Shown here: in pieces, positions 1-12,699 of the stretch | How positions within the stretch are numbered: the first letter of the stretch is position 1 | Layout: each line of letters opens with the position of its first letter | Assembly (NCBI GenBank): GCA_045837725.1 | Contig: JBEWZL010000043.1 | Span: forward strand, 124,001-188,000 | Direction of reading: 5' to 3' | Source of the DNA: Vermamoeba vermiformis | Taxonomy: Eukaryota | Length of the DNA stretch: 64,000 nt | Program-made: the position numbers and the translations under genes | Notes under the pieces: generated by a model | Seen by the model: only the letters and a program-made list of their open reading frames with translations | The model's database searches: none | Told to the model about the DNA's origin: nothing

Positions 1-974
1 TCGCCAGAGTCCATGTATGACTTGAAGTACCAGTCAATGTCGTTGTCCATGTAGGGCACGTAGAGCTCGCTAAGAGTGGCTTGGTAGAGGATTGAACGGC
101 GAGCACCATTGGCAGTCAAAGGATCGGCAAAAGATACGTCAGAAATGGTCATACCAGTGCGGAAGTCCAAGCGGAGGTGCATCTTGAAGCCTTGCCAAGT
201 GAGCACGTGATCGTTCAGAGTGAATGAAGCACCGTCAGGTTGAATAAGTTTGACGTCCTTGACATTGGCACGAGGTGGCACGGCGCCAGCAGTGAAGTCA
301 ATTCCTTGAGCGGAGGGCACAGTGACGGGTGTATTGAAGTTATACTCGAGCACACGACCAGTCAACAAATCTACAGTCAAGCGCAAATGTTCGACAGGTC
401 TGAAGTAGTAGTTGCTAGTGTCGGCAGCTTGGCGGCAAATGATTTCCACGGCACGAGTTCCTTCTTCGAAATCCATTCCGAACTGACCTCCACGAGCGGC
501 AGGCGAGCAGACCAAGGTAGAAGGGTCAATTCCACGGTTCAAAAATTCCATAACAACGGTCATGTTAACAATGTCAGGTGCTGTCAAAGTTTGAATGAGT
601 TCAGCGTATGTGAATCCAGGTTGTCCCTTTGACGAGTCGATCCATTTCCAACTGAGAACCTTGGCTTGAGTGATACTGACGACAGTCTCGTAGTATTGAT
701 TAGCAGGAGATTTCAGCACGAAGTAGGCGGCACGTTCGAGAGGAGCAGATCCGGGGGTCCAGGCCAAGACTTGTTGCTTAGGAGGTTCTTGAACTTCAAA
801 TGCTTGGAATGACCACGCGGAAGAAATCAAGGGCTGACCATTGACGGTAGCGTTGCGCAAAACTGCAACGGCAAAAGAGATCTCATCCGCAGTGAGAGGA
901 TCCAACGGATGGTATACGGCGTGAATTGAGCTGGTAATGCCCAAAAGGAAGATGATGCTAATCAAGGTATTCAT
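1..974 (-). CDS. Copper-containing primary amine oxidase, secreted; 5' part only, runs off the window start
   Basis: Not in the ORF track. Reverse frame from the ATG at 974 reads MNTLISIIFLLGITSSIHAVYHPLDPLTADEI (signal peptide plus HPLDPL motif) ... WQGFKMHLRLDFRTGMTISDV ... ILYQATLSELYVPY ... YMDSG, typical of Cu amine oxidases. No intron seen in this stretch. Confidence 0.9.
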   Translation of the reverse strand, partial: MNTLISIIFLLGITSSIHAVYHPLDPLTADEISFAVAVLRNATVNGQPLISSAWSFQAFEVQEPPKQQVLAWTPGSAPLERAAYFVLKSPANQYYETVVSITQAKVLSWKWIDSSKGQPGFTYAELIQTLTAPDIVNMTVVMEFLNRGIDPSTLVCSPAARGGQFGMDFEEGTRAVEIICRQAADTSNYYFRPVEHLRLTVDLLTGRVLEYNFNTPVTVPSAQGIDFTAGAVPPRANVKDVKLIQPDGASFTLNDHVLTWQGFKMHLRLDFRTGMTISDVSFADPLTANGARRSILYQATLSELYVPYMDNDIDWYFKSYMDSG

Positions 975-1475
975 AGCAATTCTTCCGAGCAGGAGCTAGC
1001 TGATCTGTTGTCGATCTATGAGTAAAAAGTATTGAAACAGAAAAAGAAAAAAATACGAATTTATCGCTGCTGATTTTTGACGTTTGACAAAATAAATGCT
1101 ATTGTGCTCACTTTTGGATTCTCGGCAGATTGTTACGACGTTTCGAAAAAAAAGACAGGGTTATTCCGACGGTTTTGTGGATGCGACTGATGAGTTATTA
1201 CGCAGTGAGGCACGACGTCATAAATCTAACAGTACCTGCAACAACAAATCATATTGCATTAGTAAAGGCGATAAAAAAAAAGAATTATGATTGTGTTTCA
1301 GTATCTTTTTGCGTACCATTTCGACAAAAAAAGAAGTATTCGGAGCACGTGATTTTCAATCTGATGGAAACTCCACGGTGATTAATGACAGTACTAAACT
1401 TTGAAATAAGTATTGACTTGTTGCGGAGTAACATTATTTTTGTTTACCTTTCGACCTCAAACAAGTCCACCAAAC

Positions 1476-3382
1476 ATGATCCAAAAACTCTTATTGGCGT
1501 TGTGTATTTGCGCAACGTTATTTTGTGCAGCTGATTCACGGTTGATAATCTTGTCCCCTGAAGAGTTTGCAGCAGACTATGAGACCGCCCAGATATTCTT
1601 TCGAGGTAATACTTTGTCTCGCGTATCAAGCTTTACTAGCTGTAGCTAATGACCAATGATAGATACATTAGTCTTTGAACCTATTAACGGCACGATGGTG
1701 TTAGTTCCACGAGGATTTGAGGATCAAGTCGACGTGCAAGGCAAGATCGCGTTAGTCTCTATACGCTTACCTCACGAGCAAACAATTCGAAACTTGCAGA
1801 ATCGAGGAGCCATCGCCGTTGTTATGGGTGGCTTTACAGGTCAGTTGGTCTTACTGCATCACATCCGTAAAACGAGTTTGACCAAGTTTGACTAACACGC
1901 GGAACAACTCTTCAGGTGTGCCAGGATTTGTGATGTATACTGGCGACAATGGAAATACTTCTGACATAGTTATCCCTATGGTAGAGCTAGCCGATGAGAA
2001 CTGGCAGCTGTTGGTGCCTAATTTAAACAGCTCAGTGGATCTGCGCGTGATTGTGACTGCGGAAGGTACGCCGAAAAGTTCCGGAACATGGCCAAAATCA
2101 TAAACTGAAACAAAAGTTTAATATTTGCGAATGTGACACCCTCAACTTACGGATAAATTGTAGAAGGCAATGCATGGCGTGATGTTCTGGCGAGCCCGTG
2201 GATGTACGTTATTCAGATCTCGATCGGTTTGCTGGCTATATCGTGCGTCATCGTTGCGTCCATTCAACTGCATAGATTCGTCAAAAATGACGACGGCAAG
2301 CTGATGTTCCATATCCCGCAAGTGTGCCTTTTGCTGAACATACTTTCTAATCTCGGTAAGCCAATCTGATCAAATTTCGATTCACTTAAAAATAAGAGAA
2401 AAATTTTGTCTCACATAATTGATATTTATAGATATAAAATCTACAGTACTATTAAATTTGGACGCGATTAAATTTTAAATGGCCCAAACTAAAATCAAAC
2501 GATCTCGCCAAGTTTACCGCCCTTACCTTGACTAATACATTTCAAATGTGCAGAACGAATCGTCATGATTGTAGATCCGCAAGGAACTCGTCAGGTTTAC
2601 GATAGATTGGGAAACACGATCATGGTCCTGCTTCACGTTCCTTTAACGTTGATTCCGTGCTTGCTCGTAACATTTTACTGGTATGTTACAGTTCATTATA
2701 TTGCTTACAAGTGTATGATTCGTGTTTAAAAGCTCGAGTAATTAATTTAATTTTTCAGGCACGAAATTTTGAACCGCCAATCAATTATTATCAACAGAGG
2801 CATTAAGAAGGCTCGTATTCCTTTCATCATATTAAGCATATTCATCTTTGCGTTCGAAATTACGTTCTCAACTCTCCGTGGTCTCGACCTTGGATTGCAA
2901 AATTTGATGTTGCTTATTATGGTCATCATCTACATAGTTGTTTCCGTCGGCATCTCCATATTTTACTTCATTACCTCTATTAGAGTCCTTTTACGCATGA
3001 GAACTAGCACTAGAACGAGACACGTCCACATGAAACGAGTAAGATCAACGGCACCTACGGAAGTTTTAGTTCTAACGCTTTATTATTCTTATAGACCACG
3101 AAAAGGATCGTTGTTACGAGTGCCTGCTTAGTATTGTTCTGCGTTTCATTGATTATGCTCGCTCCTTTGGCACAATTCCCTGTTGGATTCGCTTTCGACC
3201 TTTGGTTCGTCATCTTCAGCTGTGCTTGTCTATCCATGTCAAATATATTGTCTTTCACTCCTCCTCCTAAATCAACTTCGAGTGTATCGAGTGGAAAGAC
3301 GCAGAAGAAGTCTGCCAGTGAGAATCCAGGAATGACTATGGACACGCTGCCGACTGATACGACTGCCGAGTCTAAAGCTTAA
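1476..3382 (+). CDS. Signal peptide + PA (protease-associated) domain + about 7 TM helices, receptor-like; multi-exon
   Basis: MIQKLLLALCICATLFCAADS signal; DVQGKIALV...NLQNRGAIAVV...DIVIPMVEL is PA-like; about seven hydrophobic segments follow (including LLVTFYWHE), then a Ser/Thr-rich tail. Exons are joined by GT-AG introns. Confidence 0.7.
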
Positions 3383-3498
3383 TAGAACTTGTATTTTATA
3401 TAACTACCAAACAATAAATGACACGTGTGTGACGTTTATAAACCTGAAAATGTGCAGATCTTCAATTCAATTTTTGTTCGTCCAGGTGTAAACAATAA

Positions 3499-5007
3499 AT
3501 GGAACACTTGACCTTAACAATTGCTGAATACATCGAAAAAATAATCAGCACTGAACCTCGTAAGCAATCCACGTTGTATCCCACTAAACTGATCGATCCC
3601 ATTTTGTTAGAAAGTGATTTGACCGAGCTAGTTAGTTTTCATCCGATATTTTGCCAATCTGTGGAACTTATTAAGTTGATTCACGCGAGATATCCTTTTT
3701 TTGAAGGTAGATCCGATTGATTAATTATAATCTTATTTATTTTTCTTTAACTACCAATCACGCTATTATTAATTTCAAAAAATGAAAGTAAATTGTATTC
3801 TTATAGAGCGCCTCTTGTAAGGTTAGTATTTTCAAGTCAAATATTACTAAAATTGAAATAATTTTTGTTGATTGACTAGGCTCGGTGCTTGCGTTTTACG
3901 GTGCATAAAGTTCTTGTGGAGTCAAAATATTGATTTATTATATCATAATGGAGGAGATGCATTGCTTACGAACCTCTTGGAAGATTATAACAAATATCAT
4001 CCAAAAGCATGCGAAGCAGTAATGGGTGGTTTTGACCGAATGAAAAGTGGTGATTATGGCCCAAAATTAGTTTGCATTCCTCCAAAGCCTGCCGTATTAG
4101 TCACTGACAGCGATAGAACGAAGCCGCTCTTGGAAATTTCAACCGAGGAGATTGCAAGGCAGATCACGCTCTTAGACTGGGAATTTTTTTCTTCGATAAG
4201 TGGCTTAGCTGTCATTTACGAAGTTCAAAAAGATTTTTCCCCCGCGATGAGTTGCGAACGCGATCCACTTGAAAAACAAGCCGAAAATATCACCAAACTG
4301 CGACAACAATCGTTGAACTTGACAAATATGGTCATTGGAAGCATTTTAGACTCGAGTACCATCGAAGAATGCAAACCAAAAGTGTCAAAGTTCGATAAAC
4401 TCGCTCAACACTTGCTCGAACTGAACAATTTGAACTCGTACATGGCTGTTGTGGACGCGTTGGAGTCATTTTACGTCCATTCACTCAATATAACGGAGGT
4501 AAGTCGGCACTAAAAGTGACACTTTGACACCAACTGAATGACATTCGCACAAATTCGAGCAAATAATGATACGTCAAAGTGGCTATTAACGAAAATTTAA
4601 TTGTCAACTCTTCTTGCACTAACTTTCTTTTGAAGATTACCAGGAAAAGTTCGGACGTAGCTCCGATATTCACTAATAAAGAAAACTCATCAACTTTGGA
4701 CCCGCCTATCGTATGGCCTCTAGGCGACTCAGGTCATTGGAAAGACGTTTATTTCCACAATATACGGAACATATTGTATGACCCTTGCCGCCCTCTCTTC
4801 CATAACAACAAAATCAATTTCAACGCTGTTGAAGAATTGCGACGGGCCGCGCAGAAAATGGACTACTGGCAGTCTAGGGGGTACAACTTGCAATCCGCTC
4901 CTTGGCTTCAAGACAAAATTTTGCTCGAACAAGCGTACTACAAACAAAGTAATTTTTTTGAGCAATATCAAATGCTTCGTAATTTAGTCAAGGTGTCAAC
5001 GAAATAA
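3499..5007 (+). CDS. Divergent RasGEF (CDC25-like domain) protein; multi-exon
   Basis: LLEISTEEIARQITLLDWEFFSSI, LLELNNLNSYMAVVDAL and KINF...WQSRGYNL match conserved blocks of the CDC25 domain. Confidence 0.75.
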
Positions 5008-5182
5008 AGTTGACACGTGACATTCCGAGCGATTCTTAGTAGCTTTTTGACATTTAAGTAGGTAGCATGAAGGCAGTAAATCACACCGAGGAATTACTGA
5101 CCGGAAAGTAAAGTAAGATAACGCAGCTGATACGAGTAAGTTTTAAAACACCCAAATACGTTTATTAAGTTGATGAAAAAAA

Positions 5183-6116
5183 TCAATAGAACGCAATAAC
5201 GCTAATAATAATTGCAGATGATAGCAAGAAGGATAACCGGTGCGCAGCGCTAGTTTTTGCTGTATTGCTTGTTGTAACTGGTACATTGCTTGCGACCGGC
5301 CTGGCTAACGGCGATGAAAAAATCGGCTGACTTGAGCTTTGAGGCTCGCTAGTCACCGGCGGATTGACTGGCACAGCGACAGGTGCTACTGGCGGAGCAG
5401 GGGCGCAAGTAGGCTTGGCATTGAGATCGATCTTGGGAATGTACGTACACCCCTCGTTCTTGTATACTAGACCCACGTAGTTCGTGCCGTTTTCGCAATC
5501 GGATCTAGTCGGGTAAGTGTCAACGATGAACTCGTTGTTGTCGGTGCACTCTCTATATGATGATATGATGTAGTCATTGTCTAAGAAGCATACACCAGGC
5601 GGTGCTAAACAAAAATTAGTCCCAGCACGGGCGAACCCGTTTGGTAAATACCTGCAACTGCTGATACGTATGGCATGGGCTGAGTTGAAACACAATCCGC
5701 GTCCATTCGGGCATGGGTGTAAAAACGGGCTACGCGGGTAGGAAGATTTTCGGGCGAGACTGGATCGTCGAAAACACATTCAGTCTTAACGTAATATTCA
5801 TTTTTTGCGGTGCAATCGGGATAAGAAGTTAGGCAATTACCACTAAAGGTCTGAAATAATGTTGTCCAATAAATCAGTTGATTTTGTTAAATGAAGTTAA
5901 AAAAAATTGAATTCTTACCGGTATTATTGTGATGCCAACACCTCCCGTTGGAATTGTGCAATTGTCGTCACTGTATGTTCTCATAATCTGATAGGCTAGC
6001 GGAAGTTGACTGGACACCAATCCGACAGCAACGATGAGAATCAATACTCCTTGGTGCAATAGTATAGCCTGTCAATGATTAGTACTTCGTAATGATTATT
6101 TGGGTATTAATACCAT
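5183..6116 (-). CDS. Secreted/surface Cys-containing protein with Pro/Ser/Thr stalk and probable GPI signal
   Basis: One-codon first exon (ATG at 6116), signal peptide, Cys-spaced ectodomain, APAPPVAPVAVPV stalk, hydrophobic C-terminus SAAHRLSFLLSSAIIISVIAFY. Confidence 0.65.
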
Positions 6117-6615
6117 AGCAATTGTGGTCTTATATCGTGAGTAAAACGTGAACTGAGTGTTTGCAAAAATCTGAAAACTGAACGTTTAGTTATATTTGTG
6201 GAAGACGACTCTTAGTTTTGTAGCATCACAGATCAACACAGGGACTAATCTTGAATCAAGTTCTCTTGTAGCTTAACGCAGATCGAAGTTCGAAATTCGG
6301 CTAGCTATCTTCCTAACGATAAAATTGGGTTGATAATAGTCGGATAACTATTTTAAACAGATATGTAATGTAACTTACATTTTCCGCAGCCAAGACAGAG
6401 CTGTCTTAAAGAGCTGTCCTTCCGACAAGTTGGATGCATTAAATTTCTTCACCTTGCGCTACGAGTCGCACAGCAACAAGTTGCTCTTGCACAGCTGAGC
6501 TGCACTACCAAGCAGTTGCAAAGTTGCCATAATATTCACTTGTCTGGGTAACCGGAAAAGCTCCGTGGACAAAATTTCCTTGCCAGCACTTTGGTTAATC
6601 TTTACGATACTGCTA

Positions 6616-7602
6616 ATGAACGAAGAGAAAGCGCAGCTGCTGTTGTCGCCCTTCAATAGCAGTAGATTTCGAGATCACGAAGCAAGGGTGGCAGATTTAC
6701 CTTTTGCTTCGCAAGATGTTGTCAAGAAATTATTCAAACGTAATGAAAAAGAGCAAGTGATAATACGACAAGATTTTTGGAGAGCAAACTGGCATCATAT
6801 GACTCTTTTTTGCTTTTCCTTATTAATTTCCGGCTGGATGGTGTTTCTCTCTTTTACAACGAGTAAGTAAATTCCTTCCATCACTGAAAAATGATATAAT
6901 AATTCAATGTAACATATATTAATCCTTGGAATAATTTTAGAATTTACTCCAGTCAAAGATCCAGAAAGTAAGATCGAAATCTGACCGTTTCATACGTAGT
7001 ACTAATTAATTTTCCTATTTAGTCGTTATATTTTGGACTTATAATTTCGCGTACGGCATTTGGCTCATTGTGAAAGCAGTCCTGTGCCGAAGATCATTTA
7101 TTATTTTAACGAATAAACGATTAATTATGTGGAACGGTAAGGACCGCTTATTGGCATAATTACGATAAATATCCCTATTTTGCGAGAAATAGAGGCATCT
7201 AATATCTTGACAATTTAGGAGCCCAAGAAATATCGAAAATTCTGTATTCAGACATAATTGAAGTGACTTACCGCGTGAACTGCTGCGGACGAGGTAATTC
7301 ATATATGAGAATAGCTTATACTAATATTTATAGTATTATAATGTGATTACGTCGAAATTTTGGATTTTGAAACCATTGTTGATCTGCTACTTTTAGACGT
7401 TTACATCCGATACGACGATGAGCCACGTACCCTCCGATTATTTGCTGTTGATATGGCCGAGTGGGTCATTAATCAGATCAACTTTATGCGACGGCAGCAT
7501 TGGGAGGATACGAGTGGCGTTGGTTCAAATCCAGGTTCGATCTCGAATTTGAATTCGAAGAACAGTCTGCTTGTGCCTGACGAATATGAAGACTACGTGT
7601 AA
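6616..7602 (+). CDS. Hypothetical membrane protein: two TM helices plus a soluble C-terminal domain; multi-exon
   Basis: Exons near 6616-6862, 6941-6967, 7023-7136 and 7333-7602 with GT-AG borders; hydrophobic MTLFCFSLLISGWMVFLSF and YNFAYGIWLIVKAVL segments followed by IILTNKRLI. Confidence 0.5.
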
Positions 7603-7999
7603 ATAGAATTGCGAAATAACGATAAGTAAATGGAATTACTATATTTGACAATCTCTTAAGAAGACTCAACTGATCAGGAAGAAAAAAACTAAAAAAAGCC
7701 TGAAGGCAAAGAGGAACGAGGTTCAGCCGCAGAGCCTCAGTGCTGCCGAATCCGTGAAAACGAGACGAGACCAATGCCCACGACTTGAATTCAATCAGTG
7801 CTGGCACCAACAGCGAGAACCTCGATGAAAACTCGCTTCGTTCAAGCCAAGAACACGTGTAAATATTCTTAGCGACCCAAATGTAAATTAATTCCTTCAT
7901 TGTGTGAATATGATAAAAATAGGTCAAACAGTAGACGGTTTTTTCATTTTGACTCACAGCGTATTATATTAGATTATTACTCGTTGCTTGATATCAACT

Positions 8000-8831
8000 A
8001 TGCCTGGAGTTCGAGTTATCATTCAGCAATGCAGCGAGGCGAGCATTCTCGTTGTAAGATCAGATCGAGTCTGGTAGTTAGGCGATCTGGATTAATGTCT
8101 TTTGGTTAGGATAACAAAGATAAATGGGAACATATTAAAGAAGGAATTATTATCTATTTAGCCTTTATGAAAGAAGCGACAAATGAGGCAATTGACGAAG
8201 CAAGTAAGAATTTCAATTTACACTAATTCTAAAAAATACGCCAATCACTCCACGTTAAATATACACCTACGCAAACAACAAATATGACGTTATAATAATT
8301 AAGCAAATTTGTAATACCTACATCCAGAGAAATAAATTGAGAATCTCTATCCAATCCGACGATTAATCATATTTTGTACTTCATAGTTACTACTATTCTT
8401 AATTTGAAGCTGGTATATGATCCTGATACAACAAAGAACGCATCAGTCCTAGATCTCGGAGCTGACGTGCTAATTATTCCTCAAGCTTCACTAGCAGGAA
8501 AAATTAAGCAAAAAACTACTCAGTAAGATCATATATATCCTTTTTAAATTATATTATCGGTTTAATCTCGCATTTCAAGTTATTTTAAACGAATATTTTT
8601 TGACTTACAGCGGATCTGATCCAGTTTTTCAGATACCACGGACTTATTGACAAAGAAGTTGGTGCTGATATGTACAAAAAATTCGTGGAAATTGTTACAG
8701 AACGCGTGAACAAAGCAGCGGAGTCGGAGAATGCGAAGAAAAAAGGTACAGTGAAGTGTGGCACTTACGGCAACAGACAAGGCTTGAAATTCGTTAGTGG
8801 AGGACCATTTACGCACCAATTGGAATTTTGA
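8000..8831 (+). CDS. DTD2: D-aminoacyl-tRNA deacylase 2 / ATD-type tRNA deacylase; 4 exons
   Basis: Spliced product MPGVRVIIQQCSEASILV-DNKDKWEHIKEGIIIYLAF...ILNLKL...DVLIIPQASLAGKIK...YHGLIDKE...GTYGNRQGLKFVSGGPFTHQLEF carries the QQC, PQAxL, GTYGNRQ and GPFTH motifs of DTD2/ATD. The ORF track missed it because of introns. Confidence 0.9.
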
Positions 8832-9007
8832 AGCATTGATAAAGGAATATGTTCGTGAGTTTATTTACATTAGACGTCAGTATTACTTTCGCTGATCAGA
8901 TCACGCATCCGGAGATTTCCTTCAGTTGATGCCGGATCAGTATTTCCAAACAAAATTTTAATGCCTCTAGAGTATTATGATCATACAGCCTTAATTTTGG
9001 CAATTCT

Positions 9008-9511
9008 TCAGGCTGACACGTGTCTTTCAAAATATTCTGGTCCGCGAGTGCCAGAAGAGATCCACGCGTCATTCAAAACTTGAAAGTTGTTAGCAAAAAT
9101 GTTATGAATGGCTTCGTTGGTGATATTTTCTTGTGCAAGAATCAGCTTTGTCAATTCGTCTGCTGGATGTCGCGTGGGCAAAGAATGACTTCCAATCATG
9201 TGGGTTGTATAGAGCCATTCATGAAACACCCAGGCATGCGATGTGTTAAATATCTCGCTGCTATTTCCGTCGGCTAAGAATGTTGGTGGCACGTGTATAA
9301 TTTCAGTTGAAGATCTGCATCCGCTTTGATCGGCGAAAATTAATTCGACTTCTGCAGTGTAAGGTTGTTTTACTACATATTTATATTCGGTGATTATTCT
9401 TGACTTTCCTCTTGAATCTTGAACTTCAAAAGGTGGTGCTACGAGGGCTACCAAGCCAAGATCTAATTTTTGAAGGCTAATTTTTATCTTGCCTTCATTT
9501 GTTGCGCTCAT
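9008..9511 (-). CDS. Intronless hypothetical protein, about 167 aa
   Basis: Open frame from MSATNEGKIK after an A/T-rich leader; globular-looking composition; no family recognised. Confidence 0.5.
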   Translation of the reverse strand: MSATNEGKIKISLQKLDLGLVALVAPPFEVQDSRGKSRIITEYKYVVKQPYTAEVELIFADQSGCRSSTEIIHVPPTFLADGNSSEIFNTSHAWVFHEWLYTTHMIGSHSLPTRHPADELTKLILAQENITNEAIHNIFANNFQVLNDAWISSGTRGPEYFERHVSA

Positions 9512-9644
9512 TACGAACAAAAATAAATAAAATAACAAAAACAAGATTTTTTTGGTTTTTTTTTTGCTTACGGACTGAAGCATAAATGACATTCTATTCT
9601 TTTTCCTATGACAATTAATTCTTTGCGTATACTACGCGTTTTAT

Positions 9645-12604
9645 TTACAGCAATGTAATATTATGATCATTTTTCAAGGAATTTTTAACGGTCTCTTCAA
9701 GATTTTCTGCTTTTAACTGCGCTGCAACTGGATGTTGAAAGTGAGTTTCGCGGCCGAATATTTTTCTACTGTACAAGTGTGTTGCGTGGTCCTTAACGAC
9801 TACTTTAGTAATATCAGTCGAAGTTGTGAACAAATCGTGAATTGTTCCTGCGGCAGCTGAAAATTTACTTTCCGCATCTGCTTTCTTTCCTCCAATAAAA
9901 CCTAAATACCAATATTAATAATTGTAGTATAAGATAAATAAATATATACATATGTATTATTTTAAATGTTCGACGGCTCTTTTTTTGTTTCATGAAAGCA
10001 ATTCTTTTTTTTGTGGCTTACTTTTCTGCATCTGAGTCAATTCGTTGAAGGTCACAAAATTGTAACTAGCTTGCTTATTGTCGTTACTAGCACCAGCCAA
10101 TATATTAACATTAGTGCTCGGATTCGTTGGCCTAACGTCACTCGCGCCTTCTTTCGACTTTAAATTAGTGTTGATCTCGTCTTCAGGCTCGGTTTGTTCT
10201 TGGCCCCAACTCTTCAACGTCTGTTTCATTTGTTGCAATATTTTCTCCATTTCATACAGCTTTGAATTCGATAAATGCCTCTGTAATAAACAAAATTTTA
10301 GTACCTCGAAAAAACCCGATCTAGATTCAACAAAATTGAATCAATTAGCCTATAAACATTAGATATATGAATAGTGTGGATATACAGTATTAATAGGATC
10401 GTTTAAGAGTGTTTGTTCAAAATGATTTGAAGAGCGCGTACTGGATCTTCCAAAAAAGGAAATATTACTTACGATTTTGTTAATGTGCGTTTGTTCATCG
10501 AGTGCAGAACTCTCCATCAATACGCCGACTGATATATGATACATAGTGACTATTAACAGGCCAACGAACACTCGATCGTTCGTTTTCTTGCTGTTTTTGG
10601 ATCTCCAAGTCCTTCACTTCTGATTCTAACGCGGATGCAATATCGCTCATATTCATACTTGAATAGGCCTTATTATTATTGTTGTTATTGTTGCTTCTAT
10701 TATTTTTGTCGATTGGTTTTAACAGCGGTGAGTTTGGTTGAGGAATCGTTTGAATATATTTTTTCTTCGTCTCTAATAGCCTAGATACGCGAAATATAAT
10801 GATTAGTCACGCTACAAAATAATAATATAATAAAATCGTCACATTAAGACGTAAGGAATTTCAAACCGCAGTAAATCAGCCACAAATAAAAATTGATAAA
10901 ATTATGTCCGTTCATGAAAAGAATACCGCAAAAATGAAATTGATAAAATTTCGTACTGGCTTGAAATTTGATACCAAAAAGCTTATTTTAGTATTATTGT
11001 ACTATAATTATATTATATTATTAATGCTAAGTATTTGATATTACTTACTTATCATATGTCGTCTTTGGAATTGAAACTACGGTCATATGTTCAAATATTC
11101 TAGTCTCTTCGTCGTTATCATCTGAACCTTCAGGTGCTTGTTTGTATTCGGGTTTGGGCTTATTTTTCTTCTTTTTGGATACGTAGAAATCTATTCAACG
11201 AAGGAATTAAATTTCAGCTCACATCCAACTCGGAATGGTTATTTTTAAATGAAAGAAATTTAATATCCGATCGGAAGTATATATAACAATACGGCTATAT
11301 AGAATATTAAATAAATATTATGAATTTTTAAGACGTACCTAGAGCGTCAATCAGATTCACGACCCATCGCGTAACAGAGGTGTCCAAGTGCGTGCAAATA
11401 ACGCGATTTTGATACAACAAACACGCGCCTAAATTCTTTGTATCGCTGTTGATCGAGGTAAGAATTTCATTCGCGAACACAAAGTGACGACTGAAGAACT
11501 AAAAATAAAAGTTAGATCAAGTCCTTTTGCGAGCCAACAATCGCTAAAAATACTATAGACCGCATTACATAGGAAAGATATAAATAAACATTAAACTTAC
11601 TTGCGGTATTTCCTTATATGGTAATGGATTGAAAAAATGCAATGAGGTGTTCCAATATTTTTCAACGGCGTGAACGACGTACTTGCAAGCTCTATAATAA
11701 AAATATTAATATGAATATAATTATAATATAGTATGCATTTAAATAATGAATATTATTATGAAATGTCGTACTCTTTAATAACTGCCTGCGCTTCGCGTCG
11801 ATCTCGAGTATCTTTCATAATATGCTCAAAGCCACCATTATAGAACTATAATAATATGTTATTAATAGGTCTCATAATAAATAAGCGATATTTTATCCTT
11901 ACTTGGAACGCATCCCAAAGCAGATCCATTTGATGAACGAGCGAAGTACTAGAATCTTCCATTGAGCTGCTCAAAACCTATCAAAATTATTAATATACAT
12001 TTCAATACGTATAATATCATATTTTATAACATTATGAATCGATTATTACCATGGTGTAATGACCAGTCTGTTTGTAAGTGAATTTTGAGTGCGTCATTTC
12101 AATCACACGCAGCGGTGAGCTAGTGAAGTTCTCAGTGAAGTCGCGAAGTGCACCACATGCTCCTTGGAAGGCTATTTGCATCTAGTAATATTACACGGTC
12201 AGCATTTTGAATCTAAATAGAAATTTGGATCGAAAAGTCATTATGGCCACGCGATCTGAATTTTGATTTTCTTCGGGTTCAGTTATTATATTAATAATTT
12301 ATTAACTTCTTGCTATATTTATGTTGTTCATAATATTAAACAATAGCCTTGTAATATAAGTCAATCAACTTTGCTTGATCGCGTCTGCAGGTCAAAAACT
12401 GAATTATTGCGGTTATTAATTACTGATTATTGTGAAATTAATTTTAATAATTTTTTTAACGGTAATAATGTACGTAATATTTACGTGTTCTGGAACGGTC
12501 TCTGGATGAAAAAACAAAATAATATCCTCATCTGCTGTTTCTTCTTGAACTCTATCGTATATAAAAAATGCTTTTGGAAGACTCTTCAAAGCACCGCCCT
12601 CCAT
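9645..12604 (-). CDS. HPS4/CCZ1-family longin-domain protein (Rab GEF subunit), most like HPS4; many exons
   Basis: N-terminal FFIYD...EDIILFFHPETVP...GALRDFTENFT longin block, low-complexity Asn-rich middle, and C-terminal LYSRKIFGRETHFQ...KNDHNITLL resembling the HPS4 end. Confidence 0.7.
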
Positions 12605-12699
12605 TTCAATTGTGTTCGTTTGGAGGCGAAATCTGTCAAAAAAAAAAACGAAGGAAAATCGTCCAGTCTTTTCAGACCTACGTTTTAGTATCGTGCACC

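Noticed and set aside
240-632. 130-aa plus-strand ORF
   Set aside because: Lies antisense within the amine oxidase frame.
6385-6560. Short hairpins and repeated gagctgtc words
   Set aside because: Too short and unstructured to call a mobile element or RNA.
7660-7862. Coding-looking stretch after the 6616-7602 gene
   Set aside because: No single frame or splice path could be supported; it may be an alternative exon or UTR.
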